Virus record (IMG/VR): IMGVR_UViG_3300045988_020044
Location: 1 to 45,657 of that record
Length of the DNA: 45,657 nt
Strand: one strand, 5' to 3'
Origin: a virus
How positions within the stretch are numbered: position 1 is the first letter of the stretch; every line of letters begins with the position of its first letter. The position numbers and the translations under genes were made by a program. Shown in pieces: positions 22,564 to 30,499 of the stretch. The notes under the pieces were generated by a model that did not search any database, was not told the origin of the DNA, and worked only from the letters and a program-made list of their open reading frames with translations.

Positions 22564-22986
22564 ATGGCAGAATTTACAAATGTAGCTGCTCAGACTGTAG
22601 CAGCAAATGGAAACGTAGTATTTTCAAACGTGGCAGTTAAAGGTTCTAACTGCATTCAGCACAGAGAGGGAAGCGGAATCATCACCCTGAGAGGACTGAC
22701 TAACCAGTGCAAAGCGAGATTTTTCGTGGATTTTTCTGGTAATATCGCAATTCCAACAGGCGGTACTGTCGGAGCTATTTCTCTGGCTATTGCAATCTCT
22801 GGCGAGCCAGTACTATCCTCCCAGATGATTTCCACACCGGCAGCAGTAGACCAGTACAACAATGTGTCCACGGGCATTTATGTGGATGTACCTCGTGGAT
22901 GTTGCGTTAATATTGCAGTAGAGAACACAAGTGATCAGGCTATTTCTGTTGCGAATGCAAACATTGTTGTGACCAGAGAAGCGTAG
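22564..22986 (+). CDS. C1q/TNF-like jelly-roll protein resembling the BclA C-terminal domain (no collagen stalk)
   Basis: The alternating beta-strand pattern (VVFSNV...GIITLRG...FFVDFSGNIAIP...ISLAIAISGEPV...VNIAVENTS...ANIVVTREA) resembles BclA-CTD family members. Assignment is from memory. Confidence 0.4.
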   Translation: MAEFTNVAAQTVAANGNVVFSNVAVKGSNCIQHREGSGIITLRGLTNQCKARFFVDFSGNIAIPTGGTVGAISLAIAISGEPVLSSQMISTPAAVDQYNNVSTGIYVDVPRGCCVNIAVENTSDQAISVANANIVVTREA

Positions 22987-22997
22987 GAGGTGTGATT

Positions 22998-23552
22998 ATG
23001 AGAGACATTAAAGATTTATGCGCAAGAATTGAAGACGAACTGTCCAAAATCGCTGATAGTGGGCTGACCACTGGAAATCTGGAAATGACATACAAACTGA
23101 TTGATATGTACAAAGATATCAAGAACACGCAGTACTGGGATAAGAAAGCGGAGTATTACAACGCTGTCCTTGATGAAATGCGTAGCGGATACAATGACGA
23201 TTACAGCGAGCGCGGAAGAAAACGTGACAGCATAGGGAGATACAGCGCAAATGATGGCAGAATGATGCCGGATTACGACAGGGGCAATTCTTATGCCAGA
23301 CGGGGCGAACATTACGTCAGAGGGCATTACAGCCGTTCTGATGGACGAGACGCTTACGATGACTACATGACGCAGAAGCAAAGCTATCGTTCCGGCAAAT
23401 CTGAAGACTGTAAGAGAAAGATGCTTGCCGCTCTGGAAGAACATCTGGACGAACTTACAACAGAAATGAGCGATATGTCCAAGGATGCAGAGTGCCGGGA
23501 GGAACGCGATCTTGTCAAGAGATACGTAGAAAAACTCCGGGATATGCTCTAA
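22998..23552 (+). CDS. hypothetical protein with an R/D/Y/G-rich central region between helical ends (184 aa)
   Basis: GGAGGTG SD. The equally long antisense ORF 23016..23558 has no SD. Confidence 0.6.
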   Translation: MRDIKDLCARIEDELSKIADSGLTTGNLEMTYKLIDMYKDIKNTQYWDKKAEYYNAVLDEMRSGYNDDYSERGRKRDSIGRYSANDGRMMPDYDRGNSYARRGEHYVRGHYSRSDGRDAYDDYMTQKQSYRSGKSEDCKRKMLAALEEHLDELTTEMSDMSKDAECREERDLVKRYVEKLRDML

Positions 23553-23558
23553 AAACAC

Positions 23559-23598
23559 AAAAGTGGTAGAGAGGTAGTTAAAATAAATCTGTTATAAT
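23559..23598 (+). promoter_or_regulatory. putative late promoter, second copy of AAAAGTGGTAGAGAG plus extended -10 TGTTATAAT
   Basis: 15-mer at 23559-73; TATAAT at 23593-98. Confidence 0.55.
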
Positions 23599-23682
23599 GT
23601 AATTGTGCAGCAGGAAGCACAAGTAAAACGGTTGTTTTGACATTTTCGTTTTAATCCTCCTTTCTTTAATTTAGTAGCTGGT

Positions 23683-23731
23683 GCGCACGCTTTAATGGAA
23701 AGTTAAACAGGTTCGATTCCTGCCGTGCGTA
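23683..23731 (+). tRNA. truncated tRNA-like element lacking a D-arm (anticodon-like loop UGGAAAG)
   Basis: Acceptor GCGCACG/CGTGCGT, T-arm CAGG-TTCGATT-CCTG, and a single intervening hairpin TTTAA-TGGAAAG-TTAAA. Only about 49 nt. Confidence 0.3.
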
Positions 23732-23881
23732 TTTGCCGTCTGGCACGCAAGATGGCACACCTCCTTGATTAAGGTTTTTGTTATTCATACTTTTCTTTTA
23801 AAAAAAGTAATAAATATCCGAAACAACTCGTGGTAGGCATAACACGTTAAATACCTTGCTAACCCGGGAATCCGGGTTATG

Positions 23882-23950
23882 TGGAATGTACGTTAATGGT
23901 AGACTGACAGGGTCGCGCCCTGGGTTCCGGTTCGATTCCGGGCGTTCCGC
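23882..23950 (+). tRNA. aberrant tRNA-like element (anticodon position CGC, 2-nt variable region)
   Basis: Acceptor TGGAATG/CGTTCCG (two G-U pairs), T-arm TCCGG-TTCGATT-CCGGG, 3-bp D-stem, anticodon hairpin CAGG-GTCGCGC-CCTG. Confidence 0.35.
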
Positions 23951-24066
23951 TTATTTGCTCAGAATTATGCTGTCTGTTTGTAGGCGGTCTATGGTTCGGG
24001 TAAATTATCCCATGGGTAAAGGTTAACGCTTATCCTGTTAACTGCTGGACAGTTCGAAAAGTGCAG

Positions 24067-24139
24067 TGAAATATAGCGCAGTTGGTAGAGCAACATCCGC
24101 ATAGGGTGCGTGTCGGCGGTTCGATTCCGCCTATTTCAT
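24067..24139 (+). tRNA. tRNA with CAU anticodon (Met/Ile2-type) but G at position 33
   Basis: Acceptor TGAAATA/TATTTCA, D-arm GCGC-AGTTGGTA-GAGC, anticodon loop CGCATAG, T-arm GGCGG-TTCGATT-CCGCC. No encoded CCA. Confidence 0.65.
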
Positions 24140-24217
24140 TACCTTGCCAGTGGTCTAACTGGCTTAATCCATTTTACCTGCGGCGGCAGGTCAATAAACA
24201 CGACCAGGAGGATGTAT

Positions 24218-24850
24218 ATGCAGAAACTTATTGACACATTAAAATCATTTGGAATTGAAATCCCTGAGGATAAGCAGGCAGATATTAAGAAAGCACTTTC
24301 TGAGAATTACAAGAATGCAAAAGAAGTAGCGAAAACCCTGACAAAAGTCGAGGGTGAACGTGACGACTGGAAAGAACGCGCTGAAACAGCAGAAGAAACT
24401 TTAAAAGGATTTGACGGTATCGACCCGGCAAATGTCAAAAGCGAGTTAGAGACTTGGAAACAGAAAGCGGCAGATGCAGAGAAAGAATTCAATGCAAAAA
24501 TCTATGACCGTGATTTCTCAGACGCACTCAAGGCGGCACTCGATGATGTTAAGTTTTCCAGTGAAGCGGCTAAGAAGTCTGTTATGGCAGACATTAAAGA
24601 AGCGGGTCTCAAACTGAAAGACGGTAAAATCCTTGGACTGAACGACCTGATCGAACAGATGAAACAGTCTGACGCATCCGCTTTTGTGGATGAATCTCAG
24701 CAGCAGGCTCAGCAGAATCAGGCAAGATTTACCACTCGCGTTGGACAGCAGCAGACACCGGGAAGTATGACTAAGAAAGATATCGAAGCAATCAAAGACC
24801 CGTCTGAAAGACAGGCTGCAATTGCTCAGAATATCCAGTTATTCCAGTGA
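24218..24850 (+). CDS. scaffolding protein (GP20-like)
   Basis: Charged coiled-coil protein directly upstream of the capsid gene; GGAGGA SD. Confidence 0.75.
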   Translation: MQKLIDTLKSFGIEIPEDKQADIKKALSENYKNAKEVAKTLTKVEGERDDWKERAETAEETLKGFDGIDPANVKSELETWKQKAADAEKEFNAKIYDRDFSDALKAALDDVKFSSEAAKKSVMADIKEAGLKLKDGKILGLNDLIEQMKQSDASAFVDESQQQAQQNQARFTTRVGQQQTPGSMTKKDIEAIKDPSERQAAIAQNIQLFQ

Positions 24851-24929
24851 TTTTTTTACACCGACTATACGTCAGAGTATAGCCGCTAACCCAATACCTT
24901 AATAATTATGGGTAGAAAGGATTTTTTAT

Positions 24930-26099
24930 ATGGCAGCAAAAGCTAAGCTTATTATGAGTAATGATATTCAGGTCACAGCGCGTGAGATTGACTTTGTAAC
25001 CAGATTCGAAAGAAACTGGCAGCACTTACGTGATATTCTGGGCATCATGAGACCTATCAAAAAACAGCCGGGTGCTGTACTCAAGTCCAAATACGCAGAG
25101 GGTACTTTGCAGAGCGGAAATGTTGGTGAGGGTGAGGAAATCCCTTACAGCAAGTTTACTGTAAAAGAAAAGACCTATGCGGAAATGACTATTGAAAAGT
25201 ACGCAAAGGCTGTATCTATCGAAGCAATCAAGGATCACGGTTATGAGAACGCTGTTCAGATGACTGATGATGAATTCCTTTTCCAGCTTCAGACTGACGT
25301 TACCGGCAGATTCTATGATTATCTGAAAACCGGTACGCTTACTTCCACAGAAACAACATTCCAGATGGCTCTGGCAATGGCTAAAGGCCGTGTAGAAAAC
25401 AAATTCAAACAGATGCACAGAAATGTGACTGGCGTTGTTGGATTTGTGAACATTCTGGACGTATATGAATATCTTGGAGCGGCTGAGATCACTATTCAGA
25501 ACCAGTTCGGCTTCCAGTACATGAAAGATTTCATGGGATTCAATACTATCTTCCTGTTATCCGACAGCGAAATCCCGAGAGGACAGGTTATTGCTACCCC
25601 TGTCGAGAACATCGTACTTTACTATGTTGACCCGAACGAATCTGACTTTGCAAGAGCAGGTCTGGTGTATACCGTATCTGGCGAGACAAACCTGATCGGA
25701 TTCCACACTCAGGGCAACTATCACACAGCAGTGTCCGAAGCGTTCGCAGTTATGGGACTTACTCTTTTTGCGGAGTACATTGACGCAATCGCAGTAATCA
25801 CCATTGATGAGACACCAACACTTGGTACTCTGACAGTAACATCTGCGGCAGGAACAGTAACTGGTGATACAAAAATCACTGTAAATCCGGCTAAGGAAAA
25901 CTCCAACAACGTATACAAATACAAAGTTGCAACAGACGCAGTAACTGTTGGATATGGACAGAACCTCAGGAACTGGACTTCTTGGGACGGAAAAGCTGAC
26001 ATCAAGGCGGCAACCGGACAGAAGATCACAGTAGTTGAGTGCGATGGAACATACAAGGCACTGAATGCCGGAAGTGCGAGCGTAACAGCAAAATCATAA
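24930..26099 (+). CDS. major capsid protein with C-terminal Ig-like domain
   Basis: 389 aa after the scaffold gene. C-terminus TLGTLTVTSAAGTVTGDTKITV...ITVVECDG is Ig-like. Confidence 0.8.
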   Translation: MAAKAKLIMSNDIQVTAREIDFVTRFERNWQHLRDILGIMRPIKKQPGAVLKSKYAEGTLQSGNVGEGEEIPYSKFTVKEKTYAEMTIEKYAKAVSIEAIKDHGYENAVQMTDDEFLFQLQTDVTGRFYDYLKTGTLTSTETTFQMALAMAKGRVENKFKQMHRNVTGVVGFVNILDVYEYLGAAEITIQNQFGFQYMKDFMGFNTIFLLSDSEIPRGQVIATPVENIVLYYVDPNESDFARAGLVYTVSGETNLIGFHTQGNYHTAVSEAFAVMGLTLFAEYIDAIAVITIDETPTLGTLTVTSAAGTVTGDTKITVNPAKENSNNVYKYKVATDAVTVGYGQNLRNWTSWDGKADIKAATGQKITVVECDGTYKALNAGSASVTAKS

Positions 26100-26117
26100 A
26101 CACAGGAGGTAACTGGC

Positions 26118-26609
26118 ATGGCTTATGCAGATTATAAATTCTATACAGAATCATTCGGCAATGTCGTGCCAGAAACCGACTTCCCACGACTGGCAGAAAA
26201 AGCTAGTGATTTTATAGACGCAATGACGTTTGACAGACTGGTGGATGGACTGCCAGAAAATGAACGCTCACAGAAGCGCATCAAAAAGGCGGTCTGTTCA
26301 TTGGCTGAATTAATGTATCAGATTGAGCTTGCTGAAAAGAATGCTATCAATCAGGCATCGGCAAATGTAACCGACATAAATGTCGGGAACATCTCAACAG
26401 GCATTGTAACATCTGTATCTTCTGGCAGTGAATCCATCTCTTACGCAACACCTCAACAGATTGGGGCGAGTGCAAAAGAATGGAGCGCGGTATATGCCGC
26501 CGCCGGAGATGCGCAGAAAACGAACGACTTACTCTTAAAGACGGCTTTGCCGCTTCTGATGGGAGTAAGGACGGATGATGGCATACCGATATTGTATGCG
26601 GGAGTGTGA
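26118..26609 (+). CDS. head-tail connector (gp6/gp15-like)
   Basis: MAYADYKFYTESFGNVVPETDFPRLAEKASDFID is the typical N-terminus, and the position fits. Confidence 0.65.
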   Translation: MAYADYKFYTESFGNVVPETDFPRLAEKASDFIDAMTFDRLVDGLPENERSQKRIKKAVCSLAELMYQIELAEKNAINQASANVTDINVGNISTGIVTSVSSGSESISYATPQQIGASAKEWSAVYAAAGDAQKTNDLLLKTALPLLMGVRTDDGIPILYAGV

Positions 26610-26611
26610 GT

Positions 26612-26902
26612 ATGAAATATGTACGAATAAAACCGACTATAATTGAAGCTATTCAGTGTTTTGCCACTCCTAAAGGTATAGCTCAAATTGAAAAATTTGT
26701 TGGCAATTCGGTAAAAATTAATAACAAATTTAACCCACCTAACATTGAGATTTCCGCATATCCTGCTCCATTTAGAGATGGCGAAATGGCTGATTCGGTA
26801 CTCGTAGAGCCCGGAGACTACGTCTTGCGTGATGAAGAAGGGTATTTCGATACAATGGTAAAGGATGAGTTTGAAGAAGAATTTAAGGAGGTATCTGAAT
26901 AA
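26612..26902 (+). CDS. hypothetical protein (96 aa)
   Basis: ORF track. Confidence 0.55.
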   Translation: MKYVRIKPTIIEAIQCFATPKGIAQIEKFVGNSVKINNKFNPPNIEISAYPAPFRDGEMADSVLVEPGDYVLRDEEGYFDTMVKDEFEEEFKEVSE

Positions 26903-27153
26903 TGGAATTAAAACAGACAGTTGAAATGATGAACAGTGCAGATTACAAGGAACGCTTTAAGGCAGAGTATATGCAGGTGGTTGTTCGATATAAGAAACTT
27001 GCGAATATGCTTGAAAAGTGGGACAAAGGGGAACTCCCATTTACTCCTACTTGTCCGAGAAGCACTTACAATATGCAGGTAAGAGCAATGACGGATTATA
27101 TTGCTGTTCTGGAAGCAAGGGCAGTTATGGAAAAAGTTGATTTGGAGGTATGA
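26902..27153 (+). CDS. hypothetical protein (83 aa)
   Basis: ORF track. Confidence 0.55.
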   Translation: MELKQTVEMMNSADYKERFKAEYMQVVVRYKKLANMLEKWDKGELPFTPTCPRSTYNMQVRAMTDYIAVLEARAVMEKVDLEV

Positions 27154-27155
27154 TT

Positions 27156-27425
27156 ATGGACATTTCAACACTTGGCTCATGTATCGCAATCGTTATGATT
27201 TGCTACATCGTAGGAATGGGCTGTAAGGCATCAAAAAGAATCTCTGATGAATGGATTCCGGTGATCATGGCGGTTATTGGTGGGATTCTCGGAGCAGTCG
27301 GAATGGGAGTTATCCCGGATTTCCCGGCAACGGATTATATCACAGCAGTTGCAGTCGGTATGTTTAACGGATTGTCGGCAACCGGAGTGAATCAGGTTAT
27401 TAAGCAGACAGTGCAGAAAGAATAA
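27156..27425 (+). CDS. holin, Listeria A118 Hol118-like (Phage_holin_5-type)
   Basis: Three hydrophobic segments. KRISDEWIPVIMAVIGGILGAVG...GLSATGVNQVIKQ parallels Hol118. Confidence 0.65.
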   Translation: MDISTLGSCIAIVMICYIVGMGCKASKRISDEWIPVIMAVIGGILGAVGMGVIPDFPATDYITAVAVGMFNGLSATGVNQVIKQTVQKE

Positions 27426-27441
27426 TTAAGGAGAGGGTATC

Positions 27442-27903
27442 ATGTACGAAAAAACGGTGACGATTTTTGACTATTACGAATCAGCCACGACAGGAGATGC
27501 GTACTGGTATCCTCATGTTTTATCCGGCGTTGACCTCATTACGGACAAGGGGGCAATTCTTAAAAAGTACGGACCAGACGCAACTGACAACGCACAGTTA
27601 CACATTCGTTATACTGTTCAGAATGGCGATATAACCATTACTGACAAGAATGGTAAGATTCTCCCATGGGTGCCAGTTAAAGAGTGGAAACAGCAGATTA
27701 ACAACGCTCTGGAAGATACTATCACATTCTCAGATGAATCGTTCTTCTGGGAGGGTGAGTGGACTGGCGGAACGGTAACTGATGGTGATTATCGAAATGG
27801 ATTCTACCAGTACATGAATGAGAACAAGGATAACGTGTTTAAGATTACCAGTGTTGGCGGTCCGTATACGCTAATTCCACATTTTGAGATTCTGGGTAAG
27901 TAA
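27442..27903 (+). CDS. putative head-tail joining protein (153 aa)
   Basis: Assigned by position only. Confidence 0.45.
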   Translation: MYEKTVTIFDYYESATTGDAYWYPHVLSGVDLITDKGAILKKYGPDATDNAQLHIRYTVQNGDITITDKNGKILPWVPVKEWKQQINNALEDTITFSDESFFWEGEWTGGTVTDGDYRNGFYQYMNENKDNVFKITSVGGPYTLIPHFEILGK

Positions 27904-27904
27904 T

Positions 27905-28396
27905 ATGAGTAAGATTCATCATTTTAAAGGATTCTCCATAGTTGATGGAGATATGAAAATAAAGCTGAATATGGACAGGTTCTCCAGGCAGTATCAAGAA
28001 GCTCAGTATCTCCTTGATGGGATGGTCATGGACAGCATGGTTCCATTTATGCCAATGATTACCGGAAATTTTATCAATCGGACAAGAGTTGAGAGTACAT
28101 CTTTGCAAGGAACTGGGAAAGTATGCGCGGCGGCGGCTCCTTATGGGCGTTTTCTGTACGAGGGGAAAGGAATGGTTGATGAAGCAACTGGAAGTCCCTA
28201 CGCAAGACGTGGAGCAAAGAAAGTTCTTGTTAGTCAGTTTTCTGGTCAGACAGCCGCAAAGGAAAATCTTGAATACACCAAACAAATTCACCCACAGGCA
28301 CAAGCAAAGTGGTTCGATGCCGCTAAACGACAATACGGCGACACATGGATTCGTAAAGTAAAAGCACAGGCAGGAGGTGGCAGACATGGCGGATAA
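27905..28396 (+). CDS. minor capsid/head-tail adaptor protein
   Basis: MVPFMPMITGNFINRT...APYGRFLYEG resembles the Minor_capsid families. Confidence 0.5.
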   Translation: MSKIHHFKGFSIVDGDMKIKLNMDRFSRQYQEAQYLLDGMVMDSMVPFMPMITGNFINRTRVESTSLQGTGKVCAAAAPYGRFLYEGKGMVDEATGSPYARRGAKKVLVSQFSGQTAAKENLEYTKQIHPQAQAKWFDAAKRQYGDTWIRKVKAQAGGGRHGG

Positions 28397-28886
28397 ACCT
28401 ATCGGAAAAGATGCAACTGGATATGAGATTCTGACAGATGCCATGAAAGCACTTCTAAACCAGTATCCGGGACTGTATGAAAATGAAACAATCAAATTTG
28501 AGGAGCTTAGCAAGGAATCAGGAATTGCGTTCTCGGCAGACAACGGGGCGTTGATCTATTCAGAGAAAGAAGACGTTTGCGGAACGATGCATCAGGTATG
28601 CCAGTATCCATTTTACGTGGTATATCGTACAGCATCTGACAAAGAAAGGCAGAAACTATCTGTTCAGAAGTTCCTTGACAATCTCGGTAAATGGATATGC
28701 CGGGAACCAGTTATTATAAATGGCTCTGAGACGCGTTTAAATGTGTTTCCAGAGCTTTCACAGGGGCGAGTGATAAAACGTATCACACGTGACAACTCCT
28801 ATGGTTTAGAACCGCAGGAGAGCGGCGTACAGGACTGGTTGTTACCATTGTCGGTGCGCTACGAAAATACTTACGAAGCAATATAA
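28386..28886 (+). CDS. putative tail completion/minor capsid protein
   Basis: Assigned by position; AGGAGGTG SD. Confidence 0.45.
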   Translation: MADKPIGKDATGYEILTDAMKALLNQYPGLYENETIKFEELSKESGIAFSADNGALIYSEKEDVCGTMHQVCQYPFYVVYRTASDKERQKLSVQKFLDNLGKWICREPVIINGSETRLNVFPELSQGRVIKRITRDNSYGLEPQESGVQDWLLPLSVRYENTYEAI

Positions 28887-28966
28887 CAAGTAACAACCGG
28901 CTATCAATTGGAGATAGTCGCTAACCTACACAGCCTTTTAAAGTTATAGGCAGAAAGGACATTTCT

Positions 28967-29467
28967 ATGCCAGTTACAGGAAAAATTGACCGTAAATATA
29001 TGGCTCATTATATCGACGCAGGCTCCCTCTGCGGAGGACTGACACCGAAGTATGAACGTCTTGGAAAAGATCTGGAAGAGTACAATGTTGAACTCAATCC
29101 AGACACCGAAACCTCTAAAAACATTCTTGGAGAATCCACATTCAAACATAACGGCTACGAAGTTTCTTCTGACGCTGATCCATTCTATGCAGACACTACT
29201 TCTGATCTGTTCACAGCATTGCAGAAGATCGTAGACAACAGATACAAAGACGATAATCTCAAAACAAAAGCAGTTGAGGTCCATCTCTGGACGGAAGCTA
29301 CAGCAGGCAAGTATGAAGCATATCAGCAGGACTGCTACGTTGTGCCGACCTCCTACGGCGGTGATACATCTGGCTATCAGATTCCGTTTACCGTCAATTA
29401 TACCGGCGAACGAGTAAAAGGAAAATTTGATATCAGTTCCGGCACATTTACAGCTGACAGCGAATAA
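28967..29467 (+). CDS. major tail protein
   Basis: 166 aa, immediately before the chaperone pair and the tape measure gene. Confidence 0.75.
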   Translation: MPVTGKIDRKYMAHYIDAGSLCGGLTPKYERLGKDLEEYNVELNPDTETSKNILGESTFKHNGYEVSSDADPFYADTTSDLFTALQKIVDNRYKDDNLKTKAVEVHLWTEATAGKYEAYQQDCYVVPTSYGGDTSGYQIPFTVNYTGERVKGKFDISSGTFTADSE

Positions 29468-29489
29468 TTTTTTTAGGAGGGCATAGAAA

Positions 29490-29915
29490 ATGGCAAAAAC
29501 AATTAATACAAACATTGATGATGGATTTCTTCTTTTCACATTCACGAACAAGCAGGGTGAAGTGTTCTCTTCATTCAAACTGAATCCTACCGACATCAAC
29601 ATTGCGGCAAGAGCGGAAGAATTGGAAACTTTCTTTGAACAGGCTCGGGAATCTGTTAAAAATGTTTCTTCCAGCAAAGAGATGGCGGAGATTAATAAGC
29701 AGATTGAGGACAAAATCAATTATATGCTCGGATACGAAGCATCTAAGGATTTATTCAAAGAACCAATTACCGCAACAACTGTTTTTGGAAATGGTCAGGT
29801 GTTTGCCTATATCGTTCTGGACAAAATCAATGAAGCACTTACTCCGGAAATTGAAAAGAGAAAGAAAAAAATGCAGGAAGTGGTCAATAGGTACACGGAG
29901 AAGTATGCAAAATGA
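29490..29915 (+). CDS. tail assembly chaperone
   Basis: Position between the major tail protein and the tape measure gene. Confidence 0.6.
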   Translation: MAKTINTNIDDGFLLFTFTNKQGEVFSSFKLNPTDINIAARAEELETFFEQARESVKNVSSSKEMAEINKQIEDKINYMLGYEASKDLFKEPITATTVFGNGQVFAYIVLDKINEALTPEIEKRKKKMQEVVNRYTEKYAK

Positions 29916-30484
29916 CTGCCTATGAGTTGCCCACCTCACTAAATATCAGTGGGGTGGATTTTTCTATCAGGACAGATTTTCGAGTAATTATTGATATTCT
30001 GGTTGCCATGAACGACCCAGAATTAGACGAACAAGCGAAAGCTATTGTTATGTTACAGATTCTATTTGAGGACTGGCAAAGTATACCCCCAGAACATCTT
30101 ACAGAAGCTTGTCAGAAAGCTTGCGAGTTTATCGACTGCGGTCAAATTGATGATAGTCCGAATAAGCCAAAACCCCGCTTGATGGACTGGGAGCAGGACG
30201 GAGATATGATCGTTCCGGCGGTAAACAAGGTTGCCGGCAAAGAAATCAGAGCAGTGCCTTATATGCACTGGTGGACGTTTTTCGGATACTTTATGGAGTC
30301 TGGCGAGTGCTTGTTCAACACGGTCGTTGGAATCCGTTCAAAAAAAGCAAAGGGTGAAAAGCTCGATAAATGGGAAAAGAAATTCTATCAGGAAAACAAG
30401 AACATTATTGATATAAAAACACGTCTCAGCGAAGAAGAGCAAGCGTACAAGAATGCGCTGAATGAGATGTTGAACCTCAAATAG
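29912..30484 (+). CDS. tail assembly protein, Gp15-like
   Basis: ELPTSLNISGVDFSIRTDFRVIIDIL resembles Phage_Gp15. It lies in the -1 frame relative to the preceding ORF. Confidence 0.6.
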   Translation: MTAYELPTSLNISGVDFSIRTDFRVIIDILVAMNDPELDEQAKAIVMLQILFEDWQSIPPEHLTEACQKACEFIDCGQIDDSPNKPKPRLMDWEQDGDMIVPAVNKVAGKEIRAVPYMHWWTFFGYFMESGECLFNTVVGIRSKKAKGEKLDKWEKKFYQENKNIIDIKTRLSEEEQAYKNALNEMLNLK

Positions 30485-30499
30485 TTAGGAGGTGGACGC

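Noticed and set aside
23683-24139. Suppressor tRNAs and stop-codon recoding of late genes
   Set aside because: None of the three anticodon positions reads CTA, TCA or TTA. All late genes, including the 1602-aa and 869-aa ORFs, are open in the standard code. The two interrupted genes are broken by kilobase insertions, not by single in-frame stops.
28904-29719. Long antisense ORFs opposite the structural genes: 28904..29719 (271 aa), 27845..28543 (232 aa), 33318..34094 (258 aa), 23016..23558 (180 aa) and 7668..8180 (170 aa)
   Set aside because: None has an SD or a plausible start context. Their compositions are hydrophobic or low-complexity. Each lies fully inside a well-supported plus-strand gene, which is typical shadow-ORF behaviour.
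29866-29872. A7 run as the slippery site for a tail-chaperone -1 frameshift
   Set aside because: The -1 frame entered here terminates at TAG 29888-90 before reaching the downstream ORF.
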